Shown: positions 24,541-34,935, counted from the stretch's first letter. The stretch is DNA of 64,000 nucleotides from Candidatus Poriferihabitaceae bacterium (GCA_965226545.1 OZ245364.1:2600612-2664611); one strand, 5' to 3'. Numbers and translations are program-made. The notes: generated by a model from the letters alone, not told the origin.

Positions 24541-26931
24541 TCAAAACAACCCTTCGGCATTATTTTCAGGCGGCGGTTGGTCGACCGATTCGTCGCGGTT
24601 GTCGAGCGGTATTTCCGGCTGGCTGCCGGCGATGTAGTATTCGACATACGCATCCGGGTCGCCGATGACGGTCGGTTCGCCGCTGGTTTTGTTAATTAAT
24701 TGCGTAACAATATTCGCCGGCGGTTCGAAAGGTTGTTCCGGCATTTTTTTCAGCACATCGCGCATGTACTCGACCCAAATCGGCAAGGCCGCGGACGCGC
24801 CGGATTCGCGCCGTCCCAAATTCGACGGTTCATCGAAGCCGACAAACACCGTGGTCACGATGTCGCGGTTAAACCCGGAAAACCACGCATCGCGAAAATC
24901 GTTGGTCGTGCCGGTTTTGCCGGCGAGGTCGTCGCGCCCCAAGGCGCGCGCGCGTTGTCCGGTGCCGGTGAGAATCACTTGGCGCAACATATCGCTGACA
25001 ATAAACGCGTTTTGCGCCGAGATGACTCGGTCTTGTTCATCGACATGCGGATTGGCGCGCGGCAACAAATGCGCGTTTTCACAATCGCTGCACCAATCGC
25101 CGCTTAACTCAATCGCATTGCCTTCGCCGTCGGTGATGCGCGCGATTAAATACGGGCGGACGCGCTTGCCGCCGTTGGCAAACACCGCAAACCCGGCGGC
25201 CAAATCCAGCGGGGTGACGCTTAAACTGCCGAGCGCCAGCGAAAAACTGCGCGGCAATTTATCGCGGTCGAAACCGAATTTGGCGAGATGATTAACCGTG
25301 GCGTCGATGCCGATGGCGCGCAACAAACGCACCGAAACCAAATTGAGCGAACGGCTCAACGCTTCGCGCAAACGAGTCGGCCCGTAAAACTTGCGCCCGA
25401 AATTTTGCGGGCTCCAAATGCCTTCGAGATTGTCCTCGATGACAATCGGCATCGCGCTGACCAAACTGCCGGCGGTAAAACCGTTGTCCAACGCGGCCGA
25501 ATAAATAAACGGTTTGATGTTCGAGCCCGGTTGACGCCGCGCTTGCGTCGCGCGATTGAACTTGCTGAGATAATAATCAAACCCGCCGGTCAAGGCGAGA
25601 ATCGCGCCGCTGTTTGGGTCCATGCTGACCAAGGCGCCGGAGATTTCCGGCATCTGCGCCAACTCCCATTCGCCGAGTTGATTGCGCGCGACATACACCA
25701 CATCGCCAATCGCGGCCACTTCATCGCTCGAGGTCGGCGCGCTGGTGGTGCGATTGGGCGTCAAGTAGGCGCGCGCCCATTGGATGTAACGCCATTTGAT
25801 GTCGATGGTTTTGTCGGTGCGCGTAACCGCGCGCAATTGGCGTTCGCTGTTGTCGAGAACAATCGCCGGAATCAATTCGCGGCTCGACGGATAATCGCGC
25901 AACAACTCGGTCGGCGATTTGGATTCGAGTTCGCTCGGCGCAATGTTGCCGACCGCGCCGCGAAATCCGTGCCGACGGTCATACGCCAACAACCCGGCGC
26001 GCAACGCGGCCTCGGCGTGGGTTTGATAATCGCTGTTGACGGTGACTTCGACTTCATAGCCGAGTTCATAAACGCGCTCGCCGAAACGGTCGACCATCAT
26101 CCGCCGCACCAACTCGGCGACAAACGGCGCTTGGGATTCGCCTTCGACCATGTGGCGATTGGCGGTGACCGGCGCGGCCAACGCGGTTTGATAACTGAGC
26201 GCGTCAATCTTGCCCTGTTCATGCATGCGCTTTAATACATAGGCGCGACGTTGCGCGGCGCGTTTCGAGTTGGTGATGGGGTTGTCGCGCGACGGCGCCT
26301 TGGGCAGCCCGGCAAGCATCGCCACCTGCGGCACGCTTAAGTTTTTCATCGCCACGCCGTAATAGACCCGCGAGGCCGCGGCGAAGCCGTATGAACGATG
26401 CCCGAGAAAAATTTTGTTGAGATACAACTCGAGAATTTCATCCTTGGTCAACGCGCGCTCCATATTAAAAGCCAACAGGATTTCGCGCAACTTGCGTTTA
26501 TAGGTGCGCTCCGGCGTCAGGAAAAAATTGCGCGCGACCTGCATCGTAATCGTGCTGGCGCCTTGCGCGCGCGATTGGCTGCGCAAATTGCTGACCACGG
26601 CGCGCGCGATGCCGCGAAAATCGACGCCGCTGTGATGATAAAAACGATCGTCTTCGGTTACCAAAATCGCGTCGATTAACAACAGCGGCGTTTCATCCAG
26701 CGACACCGGAATGCGCCGTTCATTGCCGTACTGCCCAATCAAATCTCCGTCGGCGCTGTAAATGCGCAGCGGAATGTTAAGCGGCACGCGGCGAATCTCA
26801 TCGATGGTCGGCAAGCCCGGCAACAGAGTCGCGACATAGACCGCAACGCCGACCGCGCACAAGGTCGCCGGCGGCACCAACCGCAACAGCGTGCGAAACA
26901 AAAACCGCAGGATTGCCAACAACACTCGCAT
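24541..26931 (-). CDS. mrcA: Penicillin-binding protein 1A (bifunctional transglycosylase/transpeptidase)
   Basis: Start at MRVLLAILRFLF. GT51 motifs EDDRFYHHSGVD and GASTITMQVARN. Transpeptidase motifs RQPGSNIKPF and KTGTTND. Confidence 0.9.
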   Translation of the reverse strand: MRVLLAILRFLFRTLLRLVPPATLCAVGVAVYVATLLPGLPTIDEIRRVPLNIPLRIYSADGDLIGQYGNERRIPVSLDETPLLLIDAILVTEDDRFYHHSGVDFRGIARAVVSNLRSQSRAQGASTITMQVARNFFLTPERTYKRKLREILLAFNMERALTKDEILELYLNKIFLGHRSYGFAAASRVYYGVAMKNLSVPQVAMLAGLPKAPSRDNPITNSKRAAQRRAYVLKRMHEQGKIDALSYQTALAAPVTANRHMVEGESQAPFVAELVRRMMVDRFGERVYELGYEVEVTVNSDYQTHAEAALRAGLLAYDRRHGFRGAVGNIAPSELESKSPTELLRDYPSSRELIPAIVLDNSERQLRAVTRTDKTIDIKWRYIQWARAYLTPNRTTSAPTSSDEVAAIGDVVYVARNQLGEWELAQMPEISGALVSMDPNSGAILALTGGFDYYLSKFNRATQARRQPGSNIKPFIYSAALDNGFTAGSLVSAMPIVIEDNLEGIWSPQNFGRKFYGPTRLREALSRSLNLVSVRLLRAIGIDATVNHLAKFGFDRDKLPRSFSLALGSLSVTPLDLAAGFAVFANGGKRVRPYLIARITDGEGNAIELSGDWCSDCENAHLLPRANPHVDEQDRVISAQNAFIVSDMLRQVILTGTGQRARALGRDDLAGKTGTTNDFRDAWFSGFNRDIVTTVFVGFDEPSNLGRRESGASAALPIWVEYMRDVLKKMPEQPFEPPANIVTQLINKTSGEPTVIGDPDAYVEYYIAGSQPEIPLDNRDESVDQPPPENNAEGLF

Positions 26932-27071
26932 CGTCCAATTTGTCCAATTCACCGAAAGAATAAACCGCCGCCGCGCATCAACGCCGCGCGCCGGCGGCGT
27001 GCAAGCGGTTATTATAGCCGCAATTGACAAGCGACGATGTCGGCAACGATGTCGGCACGATATCGATAACC

Positions 27072-27602
27072 ATGTCGAACAACATTTATCTAATCGGTTT
27101 GATGGGCGCGGGCAAAACCACCGTCGGGCGCAAACTCGCGAAAATGATGCAGCGCGATTTTTTCGACGCCGACCAACTGCTCGAAGAACGCACCGGCGTT
27201 ACCATCGCGCACATTTTTGAAGTCGAAGGCGAAGCCGGCTTTCGCAAGCGCGAACAAAAATTGCTCGCCGAAATCGGCGCGCAACATCAAGACGCGGTGG
27301 TGTCGACCGGCGGCGGCGCGGTGCTGCGCGCCGAAAACCGCGCGGTGTTGCGCACCGGACGGGTGGTTTATTTGCGCGCGCCGCTGGACTTGCTGGCGAC
27401 GCGCCTGCACAACAACAAAACCCGCCCATTGCTCGAAGCGCCCGAGTTGCACGCGCGGCTGGCTGAATTGCAGGAACAACGCGAACCGTTGTACGCCAAC
27501 GAAGCCGAATTAATCGTCGAAGTCGGCGGCGTGTCGGCGGTGTATGTCGCCCAAGAGATTCACGCGTTTTTGGACGGGCATCCGCAACGGCAAAGTGATT
27601 AA
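27072..27602 (+). CDS. aroK: Shikimate kinase
   Basis: MSNNIYLIGLMGAGKTTVGRKLA...DADQLLEERTG. Confidence 0.9.
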   Translation: MSNNIYLIGLMGAGKTTVGRKLAKMMQRDFFDADQLLEERTGVTIAHIFEVEGEAGFRKREQKLLAEIGAQHQDAVVSTGGGAVLRAENRAVLRTGRVVYLRAPLDLLATRLHNNKTRPLLEAPELHARLAELQEQREPLYANEAELIVEVGGVSAVYVAQEIHAFLDGHPQRQSD

Positions 27603-27840
27603 CTTGTCGGGCCGGCGGACTTGTTAACTAAACTTCATTAAAGTTAATTAAATTAATTTTGATTAACTTGTACATGATTAACTTAAACTTGTAACTTAAC
27701 TTTGTAACTGCACCTTGCACTTATCCGCATTCGAGCAATAAATTGTTTGCATATCGAACACATATCGAATGCATAGTGACAGTGCGCGCAAGTGAACGCC
27801 ATCATCCAATCAATCGAACCACCCACCGCCAACCACATTA

Positions 27841-28926
27841 ATGAAAACCGTTGAAATTGCATTGCCGACGCGCGGCTATCAAGTGCGCATCGGCGCCGGG
27901 TTGTTGTCGCAACGCGATGAATTTGCGCCGTGGATTGAGGCGCGGCGGGTTTGCATCGTGACCGATGAAACGGTCGCCAAGTTGTATCTCGACCGCTTGC
28001 GCGATGCCTTGCGCGATTTCGAACCGTTGATTGCGACTTTGCCGACCGGCGAATCGCATAAAAATTTGCGCACTTTGGAAAGCGTGATTGATTTGCTGAT
28101 GCAACATCATTGCGACCGCCAAACCACCGTGATTGCGCTCGGCGGCGGCGTGGTCGGCGACATCGCCGGCTTTGCCGCGGCTTGTTATCAACGCGGCGTC
28201 AACTACATTCAAGCGCCGACCACGTTGTTGGCGCAGGTCGATTCATCGGTCGGCGGCAAAACCGGCGTCAATCATCCGCGCGGCAAAAACATGATTGGCG
28301 CGTTTTACCAACCGCGCCGCGTGCTCGCCGACACCGATTGTTTGGCCTCGTTGGATGCGCGTCAATTTTCAGCCGGGCTGGCTGAGGTAATTAAATACGG
28401 CGTCATCGGCGACCGCGATTTTTTTGCGTGGCTGGAAACCAACATGCAATCGGTCATCGCGCGCAACAATGATGCACTCGAACACATCATCGCCGCCTCG
28501 TGCATCAACAAAGCGCGCATCGTCGAACGCGATGAACGCGAAAGCGGCGCGCGCGCGCTGCTTAATCTTGGCCACACTTTCGCGCATGCAATTGAAACCG
28601 CCGGCGATTATCGACGCTGGCTGCACGGCGAAGCGGTCGGCATCGGCATCGCCATGGCCGCGCGCATGGCAACGCAACTCGGCGCATTGCACATCGATGA
28701 TTGCGCGCGCATCGAGCGGTTGTTGACGGCGGCCGGTTTATCGATTGCACCGTTCGACGGCGTCGATGCGCATATGTTGTTGACGTTAATGCAAAGCGAT
28801 AAAAAAGTGCGCGACGGCAAAGTGCGGTTGGTGTTGCCGTGCGCCATCGGCGAAGCAATACTCACCGATGATTATCCGCCGCAAGCCCTCGCCGACGTTG
28901 TCGCGGCATTCACCAACGGCGCATAA
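27841..28926 (+). CDS. aroB: 3-dehydroquinate synthase
   Basis: ALGGGVVGDIAGFAAACYQRGVNYIQAPTTLLAQVDSSVGGKTGVNHP and LNLGHTFAHAIE. Confidence 0.9.
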   Translation: MKTVEIALPTRGYQVRIGAGLLSQRDEFAPWIEARRVCIVTDETVAKLYLDRLRDALRDFEPLIATLPTGESHKNLRTLESVIDLLMQHHCDRQTTVIALGGGVVGDIAGFAAACYQRGVNYIQAPTTLLAQVDSSVGGKTGVNHPRGKNMIGAFYQPRRVLADTDCLASLDARQFSAGLAEVIKYGVIGDRDFFAWLETNMQSVIARNNDALEHIIAASCINKARIVERDERESGARALLNLGHTFAHAIETAGDYRRWLHGEAVGIGIAMAARMATQLGALHIDDCARIERLLTAAGLSIAPFDGVDAHMLLTLMQSDKKVRDGKVRLVLPCAIGEAILTDDYPPQALADVVAAFTNGA

Positions 28927-29058
28927 CATTCGCGCAAGCGCAATCGATGCGCGCAATTAATATTTGATGAATATTATTGACAACTAATATTATTGACAAC
29001 ATTAATGACAACATCACGGCAACATACGCCATCAACCCAATCGCAATATAATGCCGCA

Positions 29059-30699
29059 ATGAACGCGCGCCGCAACCAACCCGCCAACAACGCCGCCAAC
29101 GCCAAACCAAAACCGTGGGGCGGACGGTTTCGCGACGCCACCGATGCGCGCGTCGAAAAATTCACCGCCTCGCTCGACCACGACCGTCGCTTGTATCGTT
29201 GCGACATTCGCGGCTCAATCGCGCATGCGCGCATGCTCGCCGCCGTCGGTTTATTAACCGCCGATGAATTGGCGGCGATTGAACGCGGGCTGTCGACGAT
29301 ACTGCAACAAATCGAATCCGGCGAGTTTGTTTGGGATGAACAACTCGAGGATGTACACATGAACATCGAGGCGCGATTAATTGAATTGGTCGGCGACGCC
29401 GGCAAAAAACTGCACACCGCGCGCTCGCGCAACGACCAAGTGGCGACCGATTTGCGCCTTTATTTGCGCGAACACATCGACAAATTGTGCGGCGGGCTGC
29501 ATGCATTGCAGCGCGTCATCGTCGAATTCGCGGCGCGCGAAGCGGATACGCTGATGCCCGGTTTCACCCATCTGCAAACCGCGCAACCGATTACCTTCGG
29601 GCATCATCTGCTCGCTTGGAATGAAATGTTGGCGCGCGATGACGAACGTTTGCGCGATTGTCGGCGGCGCGTTAATCGTTCACCGCTCGGCGCCTGCGCA
29701 TTGGCCGGCACCGGCTTTGCCATCGACCGCAACTACGTGGCCACCGAACTCGGCTTTGATTCGCTTTGCAACAATTCGTTGGATGCGGTGTCGGACCGCG
29801 ATTTTGCCGTGGAGTTTTGCGCGCATGCGGCGTTGTTGATGGTGCATCTGTCGCGCATCGCCGAGGAAATTATTTTGTGGTGTTCGGATGCATTCGGTTT
29901 TGTCACGGTCGGCGATTCGTTTTGCACCGGCTCGAGCATCATGCCGCAAAAGAAAAACCCCGATGTCGCCGAATTGATTCGCGGCAAATGCGCGCGCGCC
30001 TGCGGCAATGTAGCGGCAACGTTGATGTTGATGAAGGCGCAGCCGCTTGCCTATAACCGCGACAATCAAGAGGATAAAGCGCCGTTGTTCGATTCGATAG
30101 ACACGGTCTCGAGTTGCGTCGACATGCTGGCGGCGTTGCTCAACCAAACCGCGCCGCAACGCGAAACCATGCGCGTCGCTGCGATGCGCGGGCATTCGAC
30201 CGCAACCGATTTGGCGGATTATCTGGTCGGCAAAAACGTGCCGTTTCGCGACGCCCACGAAGCGGTCGGCAAGGCGGTCGGCTTGGCGGATGCGCGGCAA
30301 GTGCAATTGGCTGATATGGATTGGCGCGAACTGCATAAAATTCATCCGGCGATTGATGAAGATGTGCATAGCGTGCTGGACATCGACGGCTCAGTGCGCG
30401 CACGCCAATCCGCCGGCGGCACCGCCCCAGCCCAAGTTATCAAAGCCGCCGAACGCGCCTTGCGCGAAATCGATGCGCGGGCGCGTGATGATGAAATGGT
30501 TGCAGTCGACGATGTGGTCGGCGGCGGTGCAAGTACAAGTGCAAGTGCAGATGTAAGTGCGAGTGCGAATGCAAGTGCAAGTACCAATACAAGTTCAAGT
30601 GCACATACAAATACAACCGGTCGCGCAACAACCGCGCGCAAGAAAAGTGCACGACAAAGTGCAAAACACACTTCGCAACAAAGTAAAAGTAAACGATGA
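29059..30699 (+). CDS. argH: Argininosuccinate lyase with an approximately 75-aa low-complexity C-terminal extension
   Basis: KPWGGRFRDATDARVEKFTASLDHDRRL, GFTHLQTAQP and GSSIMPQKKNPDVAELIRGK. The tail is ASTSASADVSASANASASTNTSSS...SKSKR. Confidence 0.85.
   Translation: MNARRNQPANNAANAKPKPWGGRFRDATDARVEKFTASLDHDRRLYRCDIRGSIAHARMLAAVGLLTADELAAIERGLSTILQQIESGEFVWDEQLEDVHMNIEARLIELVGDAGKKLHTARSRNDQVATDLRLYLREHIDKLCGGLHALQRVIVEFAAREADTLMPGFTHLQTAQPITFGHHLLAWNEMLARDDERLRDCRRRVNRSPLGACALAGTGFAIDRNYVATELGFDSLCNNSLDAVSDRDFAVEFCAHAALLMVHLSRIAEEIILWCSDAFGFVTVGDSFCTGSSIMPQKKNPDVAELIRGKCARACGNVAATLMLMKAQPLAYNRDNQEDKAPLFDSIDTVSSCVDMLAALLNQTAPQRETMRVAAMRGHSTATDLADYLVGKNVPFRDAHEAVGKAVGLADARQVQLADMDWRELHKIHPAIDEDVHSVLDIDGSVRARQSAGGTAPAQVIKAAERALREIDARARDDEMVAVDDVVGGGASTSASADVSASANASASTNTSSSAHTNTTGRATTARKKSARQSAKHTSQQSKSKR
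30529..30610 (+). repeat. In-frame (GCAAGT)n-like hexamer repeat inside the argH 3' extension
   Basis: gcaagtacaagtgcaagtgcagatgtaagtgcgagtgcgaatgcaagtgcaagtaccaatacaagttcaagtgca. Confidence 0.85.
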
Positions 30700-30833
30700 A
30701 CGCTTTCCATTTCATCGGCGTTGCATCGCGCCTGCTTGGCGCAATCACCCTGTGCGCATTGTTGCTCGGCGGTTGCGGACAAAGCGGCGCGTTATACCTG
30801 CCGCCGGACAATACGCAATCGAGCGACGAATAA
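30696..30833 (+). CDS. lptM: Small lipoprotein LptM (YifL/LppL family), 45 aa, below the ORF-track cutoff
   Basis: My translation is MNAFHFIGVASRLLGAITLCALLLGGCGQSGALYLPPDNTQSSDE. It has a lipobox followed by the GxLYLP hallmark. It sits directly upstream of lysA, as is usual, and its ATG overlaps the argH stop (ATGA). Confidence 0.75.
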   Translation: MNAFHFIGVASRLLGAITLCALLLGGCGQSGALYLPPDNTQSSDE

Positions 30834-30955
30834 TGCGTCGACAATTGCGTCGCACTTGCCATCGCGCAACAAGTTGCATAACGAGTTTTATTAATGAGTC
30901 GCACAATGAATTGCATAACAAGTTAACCAACAACTTGCGCGAACGTTAACCGCAA

Positions 30956-32236
30956 ATGGACCACTTCACCTACATCGACGACCAACTGCACGCCGAACAA
31001 ACGCCGTTGGCGGAAATCGCGCGGCGGTTTGGCACGCCGTGTTATGTCTATTCACGCGCGACGCTCGAGCGGCATTGGCGCGCGTTCGACGACGCCTTCG
31101 GCAATTATCCGCATCGGATTTGTTATGCGGTTAAAGCCAACGACAATTTGGCGGTGTTAAATTTATTGGCGCGATTGGGCGGCGGGTTTGACATTGTTTC
31201 GGGCGGCGAATTGGCGCGCGTGATTCGCGCCGGCGGTGCGCCGCAACGCGTGTTGTTTTCCGGCGTCGGCAAACAGGATTGGGAGATTGCCGCGGCACTC
31301 GACGCCGGCATCGATTGCTTCAACATCGAATCCGAATCCGAACTGGCGCGCATCGATCAATTGGCGCGCGAACGAAACGTGACCGCCGGCGTATCGGTGC
31401 GCATCAACCCCGACATCGACGCCGGCGCGCATCCGTACATCGCCACCGGTCAGCGCGAAAACAAATTCGGTTTGACGCCCAATCGCGCGCGCGCGGTCTA
31501 TCAACGCGCGCATGAACTTGCGCACATTCGAATTCGCGGCGTCGCTTGTCACATCGGTTCGCAACTGTTGGACTTGACGCCGTATTGCGCGGCGTTGGAT
31601 TGCATGTTGGATTTCATCGAGCAATTGCGCGGCGACGGCATCGAGTTGGAGCATCTCGATTTTGGCGGCGGCTTGGGCGTGAGGTATCACGATGAAACCC
31701 CGCCGTCGCCGCAACAATACGCCGACGCGATTATCCAACGCCTGCGCGCGCGCGCGATGCAATTGCAGGTGGTGATTGAACCGGGGCGCGCGATTGTCGG
31801 CAACGCCGGCGTGTTGTTGACGCGCGTCATCGGCATCAAGCGCGGCGCCGAACGAAATTTTTGCATCACCGATGCGGCGATGAATGATTTGTTGCGCCCG
31901 GCGTTGTATCAAGCGCATCAACAAATCGTCGAAGTGTCCAAACACAAAGTGTCGAAACAAGCAATGTCAAAACAAACCGCATCGCCGACGCAATACGACG
32001 TCGTCGGGCCGGTGTGCGAAACCGGCGACTTCCTTGGCTTGCAGCGTGAACTTAATGTGCGCGAAGGGGATTTGTTGGCGGTGCGCACCGCCGGCGCGTA
32101 TTGCGCGGTGATGAGTTCGAATTACAACGCGCGACCGCGCGCGGCTGAAGTGATGGTCGATGCCGCCGATGCGCACTTGGTGCGCGCGCGCGAAACTGTC
32201 GAGGCGTTGTATAAAGATGAATCGATGTTGCCGTGA
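30956..32236 (+). CDS. lysA: Diaminopimelate decarboxylase
   Basis: TPCYVYSRATLERHWRAF, CYAVKANDNLAVLNLL, EPGRAIVGNAG and CETGDFL. Confidence 0.9.
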   Translation: MDHFTYIDDQLHAEQTPLAEIARRFGTPCYVYSRATLERHWRAFDDAFGNYPHRICYAVKANDNLAVLNLLARLGGGFDIVSGGELARVIRAGGAPQRVLFSGVGKQDWEIAAALDAGIDCFNIESESELARIDQLARERNVTAGVSVRINPDIDAGAHPYIATGQRENKFGLTPNRARAVYQRAHELAHIRIRGVACHIGSQLLDLTPYCAALDCMLDFIEQLRGDGIELEHLDFGGGLGVRYHDETPPSPQQYADAIIQRLRARAMQLQVVIEPGRAIVGNAGVLLTRVIGIKRGAERNFCITDAAMNDLLRPALYQAHQQIVEVSKHKVSKQAMSKQTASPTQYDVVGPVCETGDFLGLQRELNVREGDLLAVRTAGAYCAVMSSNYNARPRAAEVMVDAADAHLVRARETVEALYKDESMLP

Positions 32237-32463
32237 GTTGACGAACGCGATGCGTTAACTGCGAATGAATATATCAGTGCGGCGATTAATAACACGGTGC
32301 ATAACGATGAAGTGTGGAAGTGAAATGCGGAAGTGAGGTGCGGAAGTAAACTGCAACAGTGCAATGAAGATATGAAACGGTAAATAACAAAGTGCACTGC
32401 AAAAGTGCAATGTAAAAAGTGCAATGTACAACGTAACAAAAAAAATAAAACGCCAACCCCCAA

Positions 32464-32775
32464 TCAACCGCGCGCCATCACCCGTTGCGACCACATCAAC
32501 GCACCGAGTACGCAAACCGCGCCGCCCCACTGTAGCGCGGTGAATCGTTCGCCCAACACCACCGCCGCCGCCAACACCACGCGCGCACCGCGCAACAACC
32601 CGAGTGCAAGCGCGGTGACCGCAAAACGAAACAACAACATCGTCAATGCATTGCCGCCGTCCTGATAATACAGCCGCGCCAATGTCGTCAATCCGCCAAA
32701 ACTGAGCGCGGTGAGCAATGCATAGCCGACGCCCGGGGCGATTGCGCGCGGCACTATGCACATATTTATGCGCAT
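32464..32775 (-). pseudogene. Internally deleted EamA/DMT-family transporter remnant
   Basis: The 103-aa ORF joins an EamA N-terminal-like part (GYALLTALSFGGLTTLARLYYQ...LLFRFAVTALALGLL) directly to the typical C-terminal end (LGERFTALQWGGAVCVLGALMW). About 190 aa of a normal 10-TM protein are missing. Confidence 0.4.
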
Positions 32776-32816
32776 ATTAATGAATCGACAACGACGCCGC
32801 CGCGCGCGCGCAACGG

Positions 32817-33848
32817 TTACGCGCTGCGTTTTTTATTGCGATTGATTTGGTCGCGGTTGGCGTCGTCGCGGACGACATCATCGCGGTTGACGATGCCGTA
32901 CGGCACATGTCCGGTGGCGACATGTTCGCGCGCCGAGTCGCAGTTTTCGCGACGGTCATCGAAGAAAATGTCGGCGCCGAATTGGCGCAAAAATTTGCCT
33001 TTGGGCAAGCCGCCGAGAAACATGCTGACATTGACGCGCACCCCCCAATCGCGCAGGGTTTTAATCGCGCGCTTATGCGCCGGCGCCGCGCGCGTGGTAA
33101 TCAATGCGGTGCGAATCGGCGAATTTTCCGCGCCGAAGTTTTTTTGGATGTCGTGCAACTTCGCCAGCAATTTTTTAAACGGACCTTCGGACAACGGATG
33201 TTCGGCGTCGCGTTTTTCGGTTTCGATAAACGCCATCGCGCCGTCTTGTTGATAAACGCGGTCGGCTTCATCGGAAAACAAAACTGAATCACCGTCGAAT
33301 GCAATGCGCAACGGTTCATGCGGCGCATCTTCGGTGTTGGAATGCAAAATGGTGGCCGCGGCGATTCCCGAATCCAATGCGGCGCGCACATCATCGGAAT
33401 CCGCGGATAAAAACAAATCGGCGCCAAACGCATGCAGATACGGCTGCGTCGGATGCCCGCCGGTAAACACCGCGCGCTTAATCGGCAAACCGTAATGTTC
33501 TATCGAATTAAAAATGCGCAAGCCGGTGTCGGCGCTGTTGCGCGACACCAACACGATGTCGACCGAGAAGTTGTCCGGCGCACCGCGCGGACGGGCGCGA
33601 TTGATTTCCAAAAACTTTTCCGTCATCGAAAACGCAACGCCTTTATCGAGCGGACGGTCTTCATTATCGATTTGATATTTCGAATACGTCTCGACGCCTT
33701 GTTGCGTAAACACCGCGTGGCTGTCCTGCAAATCGAACAACGCGCGCGATGAGATTGCAATCAACAGCGTTTTGTCGTTCGGGGCGTCGTCAAACGCATC
33801 CGTCGTCGTTTCACCCAGTTCGGATTTTTTAAAAAAGTTCATTGCCAT
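32817..33848 (-). CDS. 5'-nucleotidase (cN-IA-like, bacterial PF06189-type)
   Basis: LLIAISSRALFDLQDSH...YSKYQ...RIAFDGDSVLFSDEAD...FFDD resembles this family as I recall it. Confidence 0.5.
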   Translation of the reverse strand: MAMNFFKKSELGETTTDAFDDAPNDKTLLIAISSRALFDLQDSHAVFTQQGVETYSKYQIDNEDRPLDKGVAFSMTEKFLEINRARPRGAPDNFSVDIVLVSRNSADTGLRIFNSIEHYGLPIKRAVFTGGHPTQPYLHAFGADLFLSADSDDVRAALDSGIAAATILHSNTEDAPHEPLRIAFDGDSVLFSDEADRVYQQDGAMAFIETEKRDAEHPLSEGPFKKLLAKLHDIQKNFGAENSPIRTALITTRAAPAHKRAIKTLRDWGVRVNVSMFLGGLPKGKFLRQFGADIFFDDRRENCDSAREHVATGHVPYGIVNRDDVVRDDANRDQINRNKKRSA

Positions 33849-33882
33849 ACGCCCCGTCAGTTAACGTATTAATCGCCGCGCC

Positions 33883-34767
33883 TTACTGCGCATCGACCTG
33901 CATCGACTCGCGCACCGCCGCGATGACCGGCGCGGTGCTTGGGCGCTTATCGTGCCACAAATAAAACGATTCGGCGGCTTGTTCGACCAACATTCCCAAG
34001 CCGTCGGCGATGCGCGTTGCGCCGCATTCGCGCGCGCGGCGCAAAAATTCGCTCGGCGCGGCGGCGTATACCATGTCGTACACCGCGCTGCGCGCGCCGA
34101 TGCATTCGCGCGCCAACGGCGGCGCCGCGCCGCTCAAGCCGCTCGAGGTGGCGTTTACGATTAAATCAAATTCGCCTTCGACATGCGCCAAGCCGCAGCC
34201 GAGTAATTGGGTTGCGCCATGTTCGGCGAAGTGTTCGTCGAATTGCGCGGCAAGTTGTTCGGCGCGATGCGCGGTGCGGTTGGCGATGACGATGCGCGCC
34301 GCGCGATGTTCGCACAACGCCGCCAACGCACCGCGCGCCGCACCGCCGGCGCCGAGTAGCAACACGCGCGAATCATCGATGCGCCAATCGAGGTTGTCGG
34401 TTAAATCGCGCATCAAGCCGACGCCGTCGGTGTTGTCGCCAAACACCGCGCCGTCGGTTTCGAAGCGCAAGGTGTTGACCGCTTGGGCGCGCGCAGCGCG
34501 TTGGCTGAGCCGCCGCATAGCGCAAAATTTCCACGCGGCGACCTTAAACGGCACGGTGACATTTAAGCCGCGTCCGCGCCGCGCAATAAAATGGCTGACC
34601 GCTTGGCCGAAGCCGCCCAAATCGGCCTGAATTCGTTCGTAGGTTAACTGCATATCAAACTGCGCGGCAAACAATTGATGAATGCGCGGCGATTGACTGT
34701 GCGCAACCGGATTGCCGAGCACCGCAAAACGATTCGGCGGCGCTTGAAAATCAAACAGGTCAGTCAT
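33883..34767 (-). CDS. aroE: Shikimate dehydrogenase
   Basis: FAVLGNPVAHSQSPRIHQLF, NVTVPFK, LLLGAGGAARG. Confidence 0.9.
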   Translation of the reverse strand: MTDLFDFQAPPNRFAVLGNPVAHSQSPRIHQLFAAQFDMQLTYERIQADLGGFGQAVSHFIARRGRGLNVTVPFKVAAWKFCAMRRLSQRAARAQAVNTLRFETDGAVFGDNTDGVGLMRDLTDNLDWRIDDSRVLLLGAGGAARGALAALCEHRAARIVIANRTAHRAEQLAAQFDEHFAEHGATQLLGCGLAHVEGEFDLIVNATSSGLSGAAPPLARECIGARSAVYDMVYAAAPSEFLRRARECGATRIADGLGMLVEQAAESFYLWHDKRPSTAPVIAAVRESMQVDAQ

Positions 34768-34845
34768 TGCGAGTCATTGGACGAGTCATTGGGTTGCGGC
34801 GACAATAAAGGTAACGGTGATAAGCGCGGTTTTATTTTTACTTTG

Positions 34846-34920
34846 GAAGTCGAAGTGAAAGTAAAAGTAAAAATGAAAACAAGTGGAAGTATGAAAGTAA
34901 AAGTAAAAACAAAAGTAACA
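34846..34920. repeat. (GTAAAA/GTGAAA)n hexamer-periodic spacer
   Basis: gaagtcgaagtgaaagtaaaagtaaaaatgaaaacaagtggaagtatgaaagtaaaagtaaaaacaaaagtaaca. Confidence 0.9.
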
Positions 34921-34935
34921 ATAAAATTCGACAAC

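Noticed and set aside
32255-32761. A 168-aa minus-strand ORF overlapping the EamA remnant.
   Set aside because: Its composition is Arg/Cys/Gly-rich and shadow-like, and its C-terminal part translates the repeat spacer. The alternative frame (32464..32775) shows recognisable EamA segments.
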